A DNA stretch of 64,000 nucleotides. Source: an uncultured delta proteobacterium. GTDB lineage: Bacteria > Desulfobacterota > RBG-13-43-22. Shown piece after piece: positions 1 through 12,035 of the stretch (the first letter of the stretch is position 1; the number at the start of each line of letters is the position of its first letter). The notes under the pieces are model-generated. The model saw only the letters and a list, made by a program, of their open reading frames with translations. It did no database searches and was not told the DNA's origin. The stretch covers positions 29,489 through 93,488 of the forward strand of contig CAWDKY010000024.1 in the NCBI GenBank assembly GCA_963802945.1, given 5' to 3'. The translations under genes were made by a program, and so were the position numbers.

Positions 1-2
1 CG

Positions 3-722
3 CCCCGGACCGGCAAAACCATGCTGCTCCAGAACATCGCCAACAGCATCTCGCGAAATTATAAAGATATCATCTTAATCGTCCTGCTCATCGACGAACG
101 CCCTGAAGAAGTTACCGATATGCAGCGATCGGTCCAGGCCGAGGTGATCAGCTCAACTTTTGATGAGCCGGCCCAGCGGCATATCCAGGTCGCCGAAATG
201 GTTATTGAAAAGGCCAAACGACTTGTGGAACACAAAAGGGACGTGGTCATCCTGCTGGACAGTATCACCCGCCTGGCCAGGGCCTATAATACCGTGGTCC
301 CTCCCAGCGGCAAGATCCTCTCCGGCGGAGTGGACTCCAACGCCCTGCATCGCCCAAAACGGTTTTTCGGGGCCGCCCGAAACATTGAAGAAGGCGGCAG
401 TCTTACCATTATTGCCACGGCCCTGATTGATACCGGTAGCCGGATGGATGAAGTGATCTTTGAGGAATTCAAGGGAACAGGAAACATGGAGATTCACCTG
501 GACCGCAAACTGAGCGACAAACGGATTTTCCCGGCCATTGACATAAATCGCTCCGGAACCCGAAAAGAAGAATTGCTGTTACCTACCGATGAACTAAATA
601 AAGTTTGGATTTTGAGAAAATTATTGGCCCCGCTGACCGTAGTGGACAGTATGGAGTTTCTTTTGGAAAAAATGAACGGGACCAAGGACAACGCTGATTT
701 CTTGAGCTTAATGAATAAATAA
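3..722 (+). CDS. rho: Transcription termination factor Rho (5'-truncated by window edge)
   Basis: Walker [53 protein letters not shown] motifs. Confidence 0.98.
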   Translation, partial: PRTGKTMLLQNIANSISRNYKDIILIVLLIDERPEEVTDMQRSVQAEVISSTFDEPAQRHIQVAEMVIEKAKRLVEHKRDVVILLDSITRLARAYNTVVPPSGKILSGGVDSNALHRPKRFFGAARNIEEGGSLTIIATALIDTGSRMDEVIFEEFKGTGNMEIHLDRKLSDKRIFPAIDINRSGTRKEELLLPTDELNKVWILRKLLAPLTVVDSMEFLLEKMNGTKDNADFLSLMNK

Positions 723-727
723 ATGGT

Positions 728-807
728 GGATTCAGGGGGTCGAGGATTCAAGGTTTCAAGAATTTCTTGGGAGTTATTCAGATATTCATTTGAACCTTTA
801 ATCCCTT
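728..807. repeat. 8-bp-period (GGRTTCRA) inverted-arm intergenic element, copy 1
   Basis: ggattcag ggggtcga ggattcaa ggtttcaa ... ttgaacct ttaatccc just after the rho stop. Confidence 0.75.
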
Positions 808-836
808 CCTGCCAAGGAAAGTGAGGATTTACGATT

Positions 837-1076
837 ATGAAAGAAAAAATTCATCCGGCCTACCATCAAACAACGGTTCGCTGTGCCTGTGGGAATGAGA
901 TCCCCACCGGGTCCACCCGGAAAGACATCCGGGTTGAAATTTGTTCCCAATGTCATCCCTTTTTCACCGGAAAACAAAAAATAATGGATTCGGCCGGAAG
1001 GATCGAGCGTTTCCAAAAGAAATACAGCAAAGTGACCAAGAAAAAGGCAGCTCCGGTAGAGGAAGCTCAGGGTTAA
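837..1076 (+). CDS. rpmE: 50S ribosomal protein L31 (Zn-binding type A)
   Basis: [13 protein letters not shown]...[19 protein letters not shown]. Confidence 0.97.
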   Translation: MKEKIHPAYHQTTVRCACGNEIPTGSTRKDIRVEICSQCHPFFTGKQKIMDSAGRIERFQKKYSKVTKKKAAPVEEAQG

Positions 1077-1085
1077 TACGAAAAT

Positions 1086-1137
1086 AGGATTCGGGGATTC
1101 AATCCCGCCGATGGCGGGACTCGACCCCTTGAATCCT
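1086..1137. repeat. 8-bp-period element copy 2 with nested CCCGCC-N3-GGCGGG hairpin
   Basis: aggattcggggattcaa tcccgccgatggcggga ctcgaccccttgaatcct. Confidence 0.8.
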
Positions 1138-1175
1138 TTGCTCTCTTTTTATGACATGAAAAATATTCATTACGA

Positions 1176-2126
1176 TTGGTTGACTTTATGATCCAGGTAG
1201 GCGGTCAGGCTGTAATTGAAGGGGTGATGATGAAGGCACCTAAATCCTTGGCTGTAGTCGTACGACGGCCCAACGGCGAAATGGTGACTAAAGAAGATAT
1301 CCTTCACCCCTGGTCAGACCGTTTTCCTTTTCTCAAGTGGCCGGTATTAAGGGGAACTCTCATCCTGATTGAAACCATGATTCAAGGTATCCAGGCCTTA
1401 AATTTTTCAGCCAACCAAGCTATGGCCGAGGAAGAAGGAACCAAAGAGATCGGATGGTGGGCCTTGCTGGGCACCTTATCGCTGGCCATCCTTTTGGGTC
1501 TGGGGCTATTTGTGGCCTTACCCCATTGGATCAGTGCCTATCTGGGCGGACTGACTTCCTTCCAATTCGGAGTCGATTCTTTTTCTTTTCATCTCCTGGA
1601 CGGAGGGATCAAAGTTTTTTTCTTTATCGCTTATATCTGGATCATCTCCCGTTTTAAGGATATCAAGAGGGTCTTTCAATATCACGGAGCGGAGCACAAA
1701 TCCATTTTCACTTACGAGGCCGGGCAGGCCTTGACGGTGGAAAATGCCAAACCACACTCCACGTTGCATCCCCGTTGCGGAACATCCTTTATTTTACTGG
1801 TCCTGGTCATTAGTATCCTTTTTTTCTCCGTCCTTTTTCCTTTATTGCCTAAGATGCCGTTGTTGAATTCCTGGTCCCGCAATGCACTCTATGTCGGACT
1901 TAAGATCCTTTTAATGATTCCCATTGCCGGACTGGCCTATGAGGCCATCAAATATACCAGTAAAAAAACCCATATCCCCTGGATACGCGTCCTTATCCTT
2001 CCCGGCCTGTGGATCCAACGACTGACCACTCAGGAACCCACGGAAGACCAGATCGAGGTAGCCTTGTCTGCTCTGAACCGGGTCCTCAGCATGGAAGGCC
2101 GGCTTTCCGAACCAAAGGTTGTTTAA
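1176..2126 (+). CDS. DUF1385 family membrane protein (putative metal-dependent enzyme)
   Basis: [41 protein letters not shown] motifs; usual rpmE-DUF1385-prfA context; start may be ATG 1188. Confidence 0.9.
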   Translation: MVDFMIQVGGQAVIEGVMMKAPKSLAVVVRRPNGEMVTKEDILHPWSDRFPFLKWPVLRGTLILIETMIQGIQALNFSANQAMAEEEGTKEIGWWALLGTLSLAILLGLGLFVALPHWISAYLGGLTSFQFGVDSFSFHLLDGGIKVFFFIAYIWIISRFKDIKRVFQYHGAEHKSIFTYEAGQALTVENAKPHSTLHPRCGTSFILLVLVISILFFSVLFPLLPKMPLLNSWSRNALYVGLKILLMIPIAGLAYEAIKYTSKKTHIPWIRVLILPGLWIQRLTTQEPTEDQIEVALSALNRVLSMEGRLSEPKVV

Positions 2127-2134
2127 ACCCGACA

Positions 2135-3208
2135 ATGCTGTTAAAAAAACTGGAAGAAGTAGAGAACCGTTTTCTTAAGCTGGAGGAGTCTCTCAGCGAC
2201 CCGGAAGTTCATAAGAATCTTTCCGCCTATCAAAAGCTGGCCAAAGAGCACTCCGGACTGGCTCCTTTAATTAATAGATACCGTCAATACAAATCCCTTT
2301 CCGATCAGGTCTCACAAAACAAAGAATTGCTGGAAGATCCCGACTCTCAAATCCGAGAAATGGCCAAGGCCGAGATTGAAACTCTGAAAGAGCAAATTTC
2401 CCAAATCGAAGAAGAGATCAGGATACTCCTTTTACCCAGGGATCCCAATGATGATAAAAATACCTTTCTGGAAATTCGGGCTGGTACCGGAGGGGAGGAG
2501 GCCGCCTTGTTTGCCGCCGACCTCTTCCGTATGTACTCCAAACTTGCCGAGGCCATGGGTTGGAAAGTGGAGATCATGAGCGAGCATCCGACCGGCATGG
2601 GAGGCTATAAGGAAATCATAGCCCTGATCGAAGGCAAAGGGGCTTACAGCAAACTCAAATATGAAAGCGGGGTCCATCGGGTCCAACGGGTACCGGCAAC
2701 CGAAGCCCAAGGCCGTCTCCATACCTCAGCCGTCACCGTGGCCGTGCTTCCCGAGGCCGAAGAAGTGGATATCGTCATTGACCCGGAAGAAATCCGGGTG
2801 GATGTCTTCCGTTCTTCCGGCCCTGGAGGGCAAAGCGTCAACACCACCGATTCGGCCATACGGATCACTCATCTGCCGACCGGTCTGGTGGTCTCTTGCC
2901 AGGACGAAAAATCTCAGCATAAAAACAAGGCCAAGGCCTTAAAAGTCTTGCGGGCCCGCCTGTTGGACCTCAAGATCAAAGAACAACAGGATAAAATCTC
3001 CGAAGATCGAAAAAGTCAGGTTGGGAGCGGAGATCGCAGCGAGCGGATCCGAACGTATAATTTCCCCCAGAATCGGCTGACGGATCACCGAATCGGATTG
3101 ACCCTTTATCAATTGGATACAATCATGGAAGGTAATCTTTCTGAAATTATCGATCCGTTGACTACGCACTATCAAGCCGAACAACTCAAGGCCGGGGAAG
3201 GATCATAA
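2135..3208 (+). CDS. prfA: Peptide chain release factor 1
   Basis: GGQ motif ([13 protein letters not shown]), PAT recognition loop ([15 protein letters not shown]), [11 protein letters not shown]. Confidence 0.97.
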   Translation: MLLKKLEEVENRFLKLEESLSDPEVHKNLSAYQKLAKEHSGLAPLINRYRQYKSLSDQVSQNKELLEDPDSQIREMAKAEIETLKEQISQIEEEIRILLLPRDPNDDKNTFLEIRAGTGGEEAALFAADLFRMYSKLAEAMGWKVEIMSEHPTGMGGYKEIIALIEGKGAYSKLKYESGVHRVQRVPATEAQGRLHTSAVTVAVLPEAEEVDIVIDPEEIRVDVFRSSGPGGQSVNTTDSAIRITHLPTGLVVSCQDEKSQHKNKAKALKVLRARLLDLKIKEQQDKISEDRKSQVGSGDRSERIRTYNFPQNRLTDHRIGLTLYQLDTIMEGNLSEIIDPLTTHYQAEQLKAGEGS

Positions 3209-3218
3209 GGCATAGCAA

Positions 3219-3286
3219 AGGATTCCAGGGGCTAAGGGGCCAAGGATTCAATCCCGCCGCAGGCGGGATTGAATCCTTGGCCCCTA
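3219..3286. repeat. 8-bp-period element copy 3, containing a perfect 24-bp inverted repeat
   Basis: aggggccaaggattcaatcccgcc (3235-3258) - gca - exact reverse complement (3262-3285). Confidence 0.9.
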
Positions 3287-3304
3287 ATTTTAATGCTAAA
3301 TATC

Positions 3305-4204
3305 ATGCCACGCCTTCAATCAAAACCGCATAAATCCTGGACTATACAACAAGCCCTGAATTGGGCGGAAGAATATCTTCAGGCTGAGGGTCTCCCCGAT
3401 CCCCACTTAAGCGCTGAATTGCTTCTTGGATCGGTCCTGGAGTTGAATCGTCTGGGATTGATCGTCCACTTCGATCAATCCCTTGATGAACCCGAATGGG
3501 CTCTTTTTAAAGAAAAAATCCTTCGAAGGGCCGAGCAGGAACCAATCGCTTATCTTTTGGGTCAAAAAGAATTCTGGTCTTTGAATTTTGAAGTCAACCC
3601 TGATGTGTTGATCCCTCGTCCGGAAACCGAGCTTTTGATGGAAGAGTCCATGAAAATCCTTTCAAATCGTACTGGGTTGAAGACCCTGGTTGAACTGGGA
3701 ACCGGCTCCGGGGCTATCTCCATCGCTCTGGCCAAATCGACAGACCATCTGGAAACAACACAATTCATAGCCACAGATATCTCCTGGGAGGCGCTGAGAA
3801 CCGCTCAAAAAAATGCCTTCAATCATAAGGTCGAAAAAAAAATACACCTCGTTCAGGGGGACTGGTTGGGACCTTTTTCTTTCCGCAAGAGATGGATCGA
3901 CCTGCTGGTTTCTAATCCTCCTTATGTTTCAGACATGGAAATGGATAATCTTCCGCTGACCATCAAGAGATATGAACCTTTAAAGGCCCTTGTGGGAGGG
4001 CAGGACGGGTTGGAGGCCATTCGGCATATCTTTCAACAAGCCAGTAAACAGCTCAAGGTCGGAGGCTGGTTGCTTTTGGAAATCGGGGAAACGCAAAACG
4101 ATCAGGTCTTGAAACTGGCGCGAGGCCATCATTTTAATCCAATAACCATCAGCCGAGATTATGCCGGCAAAGATCGGGTTCTGAAGGCCTGCTATCATGG
4201 ATAA
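3305..4204 (+). CDS. prmC: Release factor glutamine methyltransferase PrmC/HemK
   Basis: [23 protein letters not shown]; directly after prfA. Confidence 0.95.
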   Translation: MPRLQSKPHKSWTIQQALNWAEEYLQAEGLPDPHLSAELLLGSVLELNRLGLIVHFDQSLDEPEWALFKEKILRRAEQEPIAYLLGQKEFWSLNFEVNPDVLIPRPETELLMEESMKILSNRTGLKTLVELGTGSGAISIALAKSTDHLETTQFIATDISWEALRTAQKNAFNHKVEKKIHLVQGDWLGPFSFRKRWIDLLVSNPPYVSDMEMDNLPLTIKRYEPLKALVGGQDGLEAIRHIFQQASKQLKVGGWLLLEIGETQNDQVLKLARGHHFNPITISRDYAGKDRVLKACYHG

Positions 4205-5460
4205 AATTCGCATCCAGGGAGGAATCCCTTTAAAAGGGAAAGTGGCCCTGTCCGGGGCCAAAAATGCCGCTTTGCCGATTATGTCAGCCGCTCTCTTAAC
4301 CGATGGCTGGTTCACCCTTTCCAACCTGCCGGCCTTGAGGGACATCCAGACCGAAAAAAAACTCTTATCTTTTTTAGGGGCCTCCTTTGAAGAAAGACCC
4401 GAGGCGGTTCTTCGCATCAACAGTTCCAAGATCGATCGATTTGAGGCCCCTTATGATTTAGTTAAGACCATGAGGGCCTCAATTCTGGTCCTGGGTCCTT
4501 TAGTGACCCGCTTTGGCCGGGCCCGGGTATCGTTGCCAGGAGGTTGTGCTATCGGGGCCAGACCTATTAACCTGCATTTGTCCGGTCTGGAATTGATGGG
4601 GGCACGGATCGATTTGAAACACGGTTATGTGGAAGCCAAGGCCCGCCATTTACAGGGGAGCTGAAATTATTTTTGATATCCCTACAGTAACAGGAACAGA
4701 AAACCTGATGATGGCTGCCTGCCTGGCCAAAGGTAAAACCATCATCGGCAATGCAGCCAAAGAACCCGAAGTTGTGGACCTGGCCAATTTCTTAACGGCT
4801 ATGGGGGCCAAAATTGAAGGGGCCGGAACAGATATCATTACCATTCAAGGGGTTTCCCTTCTTAACCCGGCTGACTATAAAATCATGCCTGATCGTATTG
4901 AGGCCGCAACCTACATGGTAGCCGCCGGTATCACCGAGGGAGAGATCACCCTGGACGGGTATGATGGATCTTGTGTGGAAACGGTGGTGGTGAAATTACG
5001 AGAGGCCGGCCTGGAATTTTCCCAGAAAAAGACAGGCCTGACCGTTCATGGCCCTCGGAAAATAAAAAGCGTTTCCGTCACTACCCAGCCCTATCCCGGT
5101 TTTCCCACGGATATGCAGGCCCAATTTATGGCTCTGATGTCCCTGGGGCAGGAAACCAGTATCATCAAAGAAACGATCTTCGAAAACCGATTTATGCATG
5201 TCAGCGAATTACAGCGCATGGGGGCCGATATTCAGGTTTCAGGCAATCAAGCCGTGGTCAAAGGGGTCTCCAGGCTCCTGGGGGCGCCGGTCATGGCCAC
5301 CGACCTGCGAGCCAGCGCCTCGCTAGTCCTGGCCGGACTGGCTGCCGAAGGAACCACTGAGATCTCCCGGGTCTATCATCTGGATCGAGGGTATGAAGGT
5401 CTGGAAAAAAAGCTTCTTCCCTTGGGGGCGCGGATTGAGAGGATTAAAGAATCAAAATAA
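4197..5460 (+). CDS. murA: UDP-N-acetylglucosamine 1-carboxyvinyltransferase (one +1 frameshift at GGGG 4655-4658, probably sequencing error)
   Basis: [40 protein letters not shown] in ORFs 4197-4664 and 4627-5460; removing one G gives HLQGAEI. Confidence 0.95.
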
Positions 5461-5485
5461 AACTGAAATAAACAAGTTGATCTTT

Positions 5486-8012
5486 ATGATTTCAAATCCG
5501 AAATCTAAAACCAGCAATCCTAAAGACATTCAAAATTCGGATACAAAAATTCAAAACGCTTTTATTCTTCGCCCTGGTGTCCCCCTTGTCCTGGCCCTGA
5601 TAACCGGCTTGGTTTTAGGTGCCCAGGTCTTTGAATCTTCTTTGTCGGTCCCTCCCTGGGTACTGTTTTTTCTTCTCCTTGCCGCACCTATTGTTATTTT
5701 ATTATTCCCTTCCGCTGCTATTTGGACCGGGGGTGTTTTTTTTATAGTGACGGGCTTTACTCTTATGACCCTTCTTTCTCCTGGAGCCAACACCCTTCAG
5801 GTGCCATCCTTTCTTTTAAACAATCAATTTCAACACCTCTCCGGGGTGGTTATTCAGGAACCGGATTACTATCCTGATAAAACCAGATTGATTGTTCAAT
5901 TGTCCTCTTATTCGAGCCAGGGCGTAGACCGGCCGATCCAGGGAACGATTCTTCTGGGGGTTAACGGCTTTCTTAAGGGGTTCGCACAAGGTGACCCGGT
6001 TCGCTTTGTATGCCGGTTGCATTTGATTGAAGGCTATCACAATCCAGGAGGATATGATTTTGAAAAAAAAATGGCCAGAAAAGGGATTCGGGTTTCCGGA
6101 TTTATAGACAATCCTGAGCTTCTAATCTTGAGCGGACCCAATCAAAGGTCCTGGTTCTGGCACCACCTATCCATTCTTAGAAAACAAGTTTACGATTTGA
6201 TTGATTCAAGGAGTCCGCCCCCTTTAAATGGGTTGGCTCAGGCTTTACTCACCGGAGATCAAAGCAAGATTCCCCGAGAAATCCAACAGGCCTTCAGCCA
6301 GGCCGGAGTATCTCATCTTCTGGCCTTTTCCGGCCTAAATCTAACCCTGGTAGGTGGTCTGTCTTATTATTTGTTACGATTTTTACTCAGCCTGTCTGAG
6401 ACCATCCTCTTATTTATTAATATCCGGAAATGGGCCCTGATCGGCACCTTTTTCCCTGTCTTGGGATACTCCTTATTGGCCGGGATGAGTCCATCGGCAG
6501 CCCGAGCCTTTTTTATGGTTGGTATGGGCATTACCGCCCTTCTGCTGAATAAATATTCTGATCTGCTCAATAGTCTGGCCCTGGCGGCCCTTATCATCCT
6601 GCTACTCTCCCCTGATTCCCTGTTCCTGCCTTCCTTTCAATTATCCTTTCTCGCGGTCTGGGCTATTGGCTACTTACTACCAAGGATCTTGAACCCCGAT
6701 TCAGATTGGAGCCGTGGGAAAAAATCCTTTATCCGACGCGGGGCTTTTTACCTTTGGGGCACTTTTTGTGTTTCCTTGGTTTGTCAATTAGTCACCTCTC
6801 CGGTCGTAGCCTGGTGGTTTCACCAGGTCTCCCTGATCGGTTTAATCAGTAACCTTATTCTGGTCCCTTTAAGCGGAACCCTGGCCACACCCATTGGTCT
6901 CCTGGCCCTGATCTTCGCCCCCATTTTTTCCCCTCTCTCTTCGCTCCTTTTCTGGATTATGAATCTGATGTTGCAATGGACCTTGGGGTTGACCCGTTTT
7001 TTTTCCGACCTGCCGCTGGCCTTTTTAGTGGTTCCCCGGCCGGGATATGGGGAGATCGGTTTTTTTTATCTGACTCTGGCATTAATATTCAACTGGCGTA
7101 AAATACCCAAACCGGCCTGGTTAATTTCCCTTTCCTGTCTAGGGATGATCTTATTTTTCTTTTCCCCCCAGATCCGGGATTTCTTTTCCCCGCCCTTTAG
7201 GGCCACCTTTTTAGATGTCGGTCATGGGAATTCTACCCTGATTGAGTTTCCACGGGGAGAAAAAATGCTCATAGATGGCGGAGGATCCTTCAATCCCGAA
7301 TTTGATCTGGGAGAGCGGGTGGTTGCCCCCTTTCTATGGGATAAAAAAATCACCGGTCTGGATTGTGGTGGTCCTGACCCATCCCCATCCGGACCATTTG
7401 AACGGATTGCCTTTTATTCTTTCCAAATTTAAGGTAAAAGAGATTTGGAGCAATGGTCAACGGGTGGATGCCGAACCCTTCCAGCGTTTTGAAGAATTGA
7501 TTCAACAGAAAAAGATCCCCGTTGTTTTCCCCCGGCCGGGCTGGTCCCGATTGATTTCCGACGTGCAGGTTGAGGTCTTGCACGCTCCGATAAAAGCAGC
7601 ATTCAAAGAAAGCAGTGTTTCTAAACTTTATCACCTCCAGAATAATGATTCTCTGGTCCTGCAATTAACTTACAAGAATCAGCATATCCTTTTGCCGGCC
7701 GATATTGAAGCTGAGACCGAGAGGGTCCTCCTGGATAAAAAGGTTATCGTAAAAAGTCAGATCCTGCAGGTTCCCCATCATGGGAGTTTGACTTCCAGTA
7801 CGTTTCCTTTTATTGAAGCGGTTCAACCCCGATATGCAGTTTTTTCCGGACGGCCTTCTCCCAGGATTCTTCTCCCTCATCCGGAGATCATCCGGCGATA
7901 TCAGGAGCGGGGTGTGACTTTGTTTCGAACCGACCAGGAGGGGGCGGTCACTTTTGATTTAAAAAAAGAGGGGTGGAAAGTGAAGAGTTTTGTCAGAGGG
8001 GTTATAAAATAA
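5486..8012 (+). CDS. comEC: DNA internalization competence protein ComEC/Rec2 (one +1 frameshift near 7363)
   Basis: NPGGYD, GVSHLLAFSGLN, SFQLSF, FLDVGHG, THPHPDH, NNDSLVL, VPHHGS; removing one T gives LDVVVLTHPHPDH. Confidence 0.92.
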
Positions 8013-8039
8013 GGGCAGTTCCCGGTTAGGTCTGCCTGC

Positions 8040-8267
8040 TGAAGGCCAAATTTTTGGAGTTTATACCTCAGGACCCTCTCACTGATTCCTAATTTTTCAG
8101 CGGCTCGGGTTTGAATTCCACCGTTATCTTGCAAAGCCTGTTGGATCAAATGCCTTTCCAGTTCCTCCGAATAGCCTTTTTTCTGCAGAAAGCCCTGGAG
8201 CAGCTCCCGTTGATTTTTCTCATAGTCGATCACTAAGATTTCGAATGTTATGGGGCTCTTTCATCAT
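8040..8267 (-). pseudogene. Internally deleted NtrC-family response regulator (start of receiver domain fused to Fis-type HTH)
   Basis: FEILVIDYEKNQRELLQGFLQKKGY joined directly to SEELERHLIQQALQDNGGIQTRAAEKLGISERVLRYKLQKFGL. Confidence 0.8.
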
Positions 8268-8784
8268 TGTTTTCCAAGGCCGAACTCGTTTTCGTTAATT
8301 TAGGCCAGCCGGTTTGGATTGTCAAAAATAAAATAAATTTCTTGACAAATTAGTCGGTTATGTTATCCAAAGTCTTACAAACTATTTTCGATGAACCTTC
8401 CTCTCTATAACCATGAGGAGGCCAATGGTCAGGGTCCATATCTCAACAGTAAAACGACTGAAATTTATTTCCATATCAGTATCAAAAGCATTGGTCCATT
8501 GGATTTTTTGCAAATGGGTAAAGGGGCAAAAAATGACCTGACTTTTCATTATGAAGAATTCTCCCATAAGTGAAATAACGGCTGCCCCCAGATAAGAGAA
8601 TTGATATGAGCGCATACATATTCTTATTTTTGGCTAAGAATTAGAAAAATGCCGGAGGCCAGATACCAGTTATCAGAAAATAGAGGCAGGATAGTGGTTG
8701 TGATTTTGGAATTAGGTATTAGAAAACCTATATCCATTTTTTTTTAATTCATGATCCGCAACCCGGAATAAAGGTCATAAAAAA

Positions 8785-10116
8785 ATGGAAACGATTCTTA
8801 TTGTCGATGATGAAAAAAATTATCTTTTGGTGCTGAAAGCATTGCTGGAAGGAGAAGGGCACGAAGTGATGATTGCCCAATCCGCCGAAGAAGCACTGAA
8901 GATTTTTCAAGAAACGGAATTGGATCTGGTGATCACGGACATGAAAATGCCCGGGATGAACGGTATGGAGTTATTAGGTGTTTTGAAAGAAAAGGACCTT
9001 CATCTGCCGGTAATCATGATGACCGCCTTCGGAACAGTGGAAAAAGCCGTAGAGGCTATGAAGCTCGGGGCTTACGATTATATCATCAAACCCTTTGACA
9101 ATGAAATCTTGATAAAGACCGTAGCCAAGGGTCTGGCTATGGGGCGAGTGATTAAAGAAAACCGACAACTCTCCAAGGAATTAAAAGAAAAATTTGGGCC
9201 AACCGATTTGGTTGGCAACAGTTTTCCTGTAAGACAAGTCAGGGAGTTGATTGCCAAGGTGGCCGAAACCAGGGCCACGGTATTAATTAGTGGTGAATCG
9301 GGAACGGGCAAGGAATTAGTGGCCCGGGCCATCCATTTCAACAGTCCCAGGAAAGATAAACCGTTGGTCTCGGTCAATTGTTCGGCCTTGACCGAAACCC
9401 TGTTGGAGAGTGAACTTTTCGGTCATGAGAAAGGGTCCTTCACCGGGGCCGTCGCCCAAAGAAAGGGACGGTTTGAAATGGCAGATGGAGGGACCCTTTT
9501 CCTGGATGAGGTAGCGGAGATGTCCCCATCCGTGCAGGTAACCCTGTTACGGGTCCTACAGAACCGGGAATTTGAAAGGGTGGGCGGGAATAAGACCATT
9601 AAAGTGGATGTGCGGGTTATTGCCGCCACCAATAAGGACCTGATGGCGGAGATCGGCAAAGGGCATTTTCGCGAGGATCTATACTATCGTCTTAATGTGG
9701 TTCATATCGAAGTCCCTCCTTTGAGGGACAGGAAAGAAGACCTTCCTTTATTAATACGATATTTTTTAGAACGATTTGTCAAAGAGATGAAAAAGAAGGA
9801 AGTCCCCAGCCTTGCTCCTGAAGTGATGGGCGCCCTGCTGGCCTATGATTGGCCGGGGAATGTCAGGGAATTGGAAAATATGTTGGAGAGAGCGATTATT
9901 TTGAGCTCAAAACCGATTATCTATCTAGAGGATCTGCCGTTTACCAGCATTATTCCCTCCGGCGCAAAGCTTAATGATGTCCTGGAATTGATAGAGAAAA
10001 AGATGATCACTCAAGCCTTGATTATTGCCGGGAATGTTCAGGCCCATGCAGCGGAATTGCTGGGCATAGAAAAAAACTTGCTTAAATATAAAATGAAAAA
10101 GTATGCTTTGGTTTAG
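8785..10116 (+). CDS. Sigma54-dependent response regulator (NtrC/AtoC family)
   Basis: Receiver (IVDDE, DMKMPGM), [14 protein letters not shown] loop, [24 protein letters not shown]-terminal HTH. Confidence 0.95.
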   Translation: METILIVDDEKNYLLVLKALLEGEGHEVMIAQSAEEALKIFQETELDLVITDMKMPGMNGMELLGVLKEKDLHLPVIMMTAFGTVEKAVEAMKLGAYDYIIKPFDNEILIKTVAKGLAMGRVIKENRQLSKELKEKFGPTDLVGNSFPVRQVRELIAKVAETRATVLISGESGTGKELVARAIHFNSPRKDKPLVSVNCSALTETLLESELFGHEKGSFTGAVAQRKGRFEMADGGTLFLDEVAEMSPSVQVTLLRVLQNREFERVGGNKTIKVDVRVIAATNKDLMAEIGKGHFREDLYYRLNVVHIEVPPLRDRKEDLPLLIRYFLERFVKEMKKKEVPSLAPEVMGALLAYDWPGNVRELENMLERAIILSSKPIIYLEDLPFTSIIPSGAKLNDVLELIEKKMITQALIIAGNVQAHAAELLGIEKNLLKYKMKKYALV

Positions 10117-10125
10117 TGCCAAAAA

Positions 10126-10260
10126 AGGGTTCAAGGATTCGAGGATTCAAGGGCCTGCGACGAGCCGGTCGACAAGCTCTGGGCCAAGAGTTCATCGAAA
10201 AGGCTCAGCCGAGACGTTCATGTGTATTAACTTCCAAGCCTTCCCATTGAATCCTAACCT
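10126..10260. repeat. 8-bp-period element copy 4 with a nested insert
   Basis: agggttcaaggattcgaggattcaaggg ... gtcgacaagctc ... aacttccaagccttcccattgaatcct. Confidence 0.75.
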
Positions 10261-10271
10261 TTTTATTCCAG

Positions 10272-10985
10272 ATGAAAGAGGCAATGGGATTGATGGAAAT
10301 GACCGAACTGTTAAAACGGAATCCCCTCTTCGGCGGCCTGGATGATTCCGGGCTTCAAAAGGTCAAAGGGATTGCCACCCTTTATTCTTTTAAAAAAGGT
10401 AATATCCTCTTCTCCCAAGGCGATGGGGCCCAGGGTTTTTACCTGGTTACTGTGGGCAAGATAAAAATATTTCGTCTGTCGCCTAATGGTCAGGAATATG
10501 TCATGCGGATCGTCGGACCGGGAGAAACAATCGCCGAGGCAGCGGTCTTTTCCGGAAAAACCTATCCGGCCTCGGCTGAAGCCCTGGAAGACAGCCGGCT
10601 TTATTACCTGAAAAAAACAGATTTCGTAGCCCTTATCCGGGAGAACCCCCAGTTGGCCTTGAATATGATGACCGGTCTATCCCTTTTGTTAAGGAAACTG
10701 GCCCAACAGGTGGAAGACCTGTCATTGAAGGAAGTCTCGGCCCGTCTGGCCCGTTTTCTGATTGAGGAGGCCGAAAAAATTTCCTCAGTACCGGCCGACG
10801 GCCTAAAAATACCTTTGGACATAAAAAAGAACCTTCTGGCCAGCCGTCTGGGGACCATAGGGGAAACCCTGTCCCGGACTCTGGCCAAAATGAAACAGAA
10901 AGAAATAATCCAGATCAATAAGGACATCATAACTGTCCGGAGTTTTCAAGCCTTGAAAGAAATTGCCGAAGGATTAAAACTATAA
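10272..10985 (+). CDS. Crp/Fnr family transcriptional regulator
   Basis: cNMP-binding-like domain (LFSQGD, GETIAE, YPASA) plus HTH LASRLGTIGETLSR; no FNR Cys cluster. Confidence 0.92.
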   Translation: MKEAMGLMEMTELLKRNPLFGGLDDSGLQKVKGIATLYSFKKGNILFSQGDGAQGFYLVTVGKIKIFRLSPNGQEYVMRIVGPGETIAEAAVFSGKTYPASAEALEDSRLYYLKKTDFVALIRENPQLALNMMTGLSLLLRKLAQQVEDLSLKEVSARLARFLIEEAEKISSVPADGLKIPLDIKKNLLASRLGTIGETLSRTLAKMKQKEIIQINKDIITVRSFQALKEIAEGLKL

Positions 10986-10994
10986 GGAGGTCCC

Positions 10995-11969
10995 ATGCTT
11001 TTTCCAGACTATCGGCCCAGGAGACTGAGGCGAAATGAATCCTTCCGCAGGATGATCCGGGAGACGTCACTTTCGGTTGACCACCTGATCTACCCTATGT
11101 TCGTCGTCTTCGGCAAAGGGGTCCGTCGGCCCATTGCTTCCATGCCCGGGATTTTTCAATTTTCCATAGATGAACTTATCAAAGAGGCCCGGGAGGTCCT
11201 TTCCCTGCATATACCGGCGATTATGCTTTTTGGGATCCCGGATAAAAAGGATGAAAAGGCTTCCGGGGCTTATGATCCCAACGGGATCATCCAACGGGCT
11301 ATGAAAGCCTTAAAAGAAAAGGTGCCCGAACTGATGGTCATCGGCGATGTCTGCCTCTGTGAATACATGAGCCACGGCCATTGTGGGATAATACAAGGGA
11401 ACGAAGTGGATAACGATGCCACCCTGGAACTGCTGGCCCGCACCGCCCTGGCCCAGGCCAAGGCCGGGGCAGATATGGTTGCCCCGAGTGATATGATGGA
11501 TGGAAGGGTGGCCGAAATTCGGCAGGCCCTGGATGAAAACGGTTTTGAGCAGATTCCCATTATGGCCTATTCGGCCAAGTATGCCTCGGGCTTTTATGGA
11601 CCTTTCCGGGAAGCCGCCGAATCGGCTCCGAAATTCGGAGACCGGAAAGGCTATCAGATGGACCCGGCCAATTTCCGGGAAGCCATTCGGGAAGTGACCC
11701 TGGATGTTGAAGAAGGTGCGGATATCATCATGGTCAAGCCGGCCCTGCCCTATCTGGATGTCATCTGCCGGGTTCGGGAAGAATTTGATCTTCCTGTGGC
11801 TGCCTATCATGTCAGCGGTGAATATGCCATGATCAAGGCGGCAGCCAAACAGGGCTGGTTGGATGAAAAAAAAGTGATGATGGAATCCCTGCTCTCCATC
11901 CGGCGGGCCGGAGCTGATTTGATCCTGACTTACTTTGCCAAACAAGCAGCAGTACTTTTGAAAGCATGA
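10995..11969 (+). CDS. hemB: Porphobilinogen synthase (Zn-type)
   Basis: [41 protein letters not shown]. Confidence 0.98.
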   Translation: MLFPDYRPRRLRRNESFRRMIRETSLSVDHLIYPMFVVFGKGVRRPIASMPGIFQFSIDELIKEAREVLSLHIPAIMLFGIPDKKDEKASGAYDPNGIIQRAMKALKEKVPELMVIGDVCLCEYMSHGHCGIIQGNEVDNDATLELLARTALAQAKAGADMVAPSDMMDGRVAEIRQALDENGFEQIPIMAYSAKYASGFYGPFREAAESAPKFGDRKGYQMDPANFREAIREVTLDVEEGADIIMVKPALPYLDVICRVREEFDLPVAAYHVSGEYAMIKAAAKQGWLDEKKVMMESLLSIRRAGADLILTYFAKQAAVLLKA

Positions 11970-12035
11970 TGATGCAAGATGAAGGGCACATGAATCGTGT
12001 ATTGTCTATCCAGCCTGAAAGGCCATAATCAATAA

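Noticed and set aside
8382-8615. Short ORFs between the NtrC remnant and the intact NtrC gene
   Set aside because: No recognisable motif or convincing RBS.
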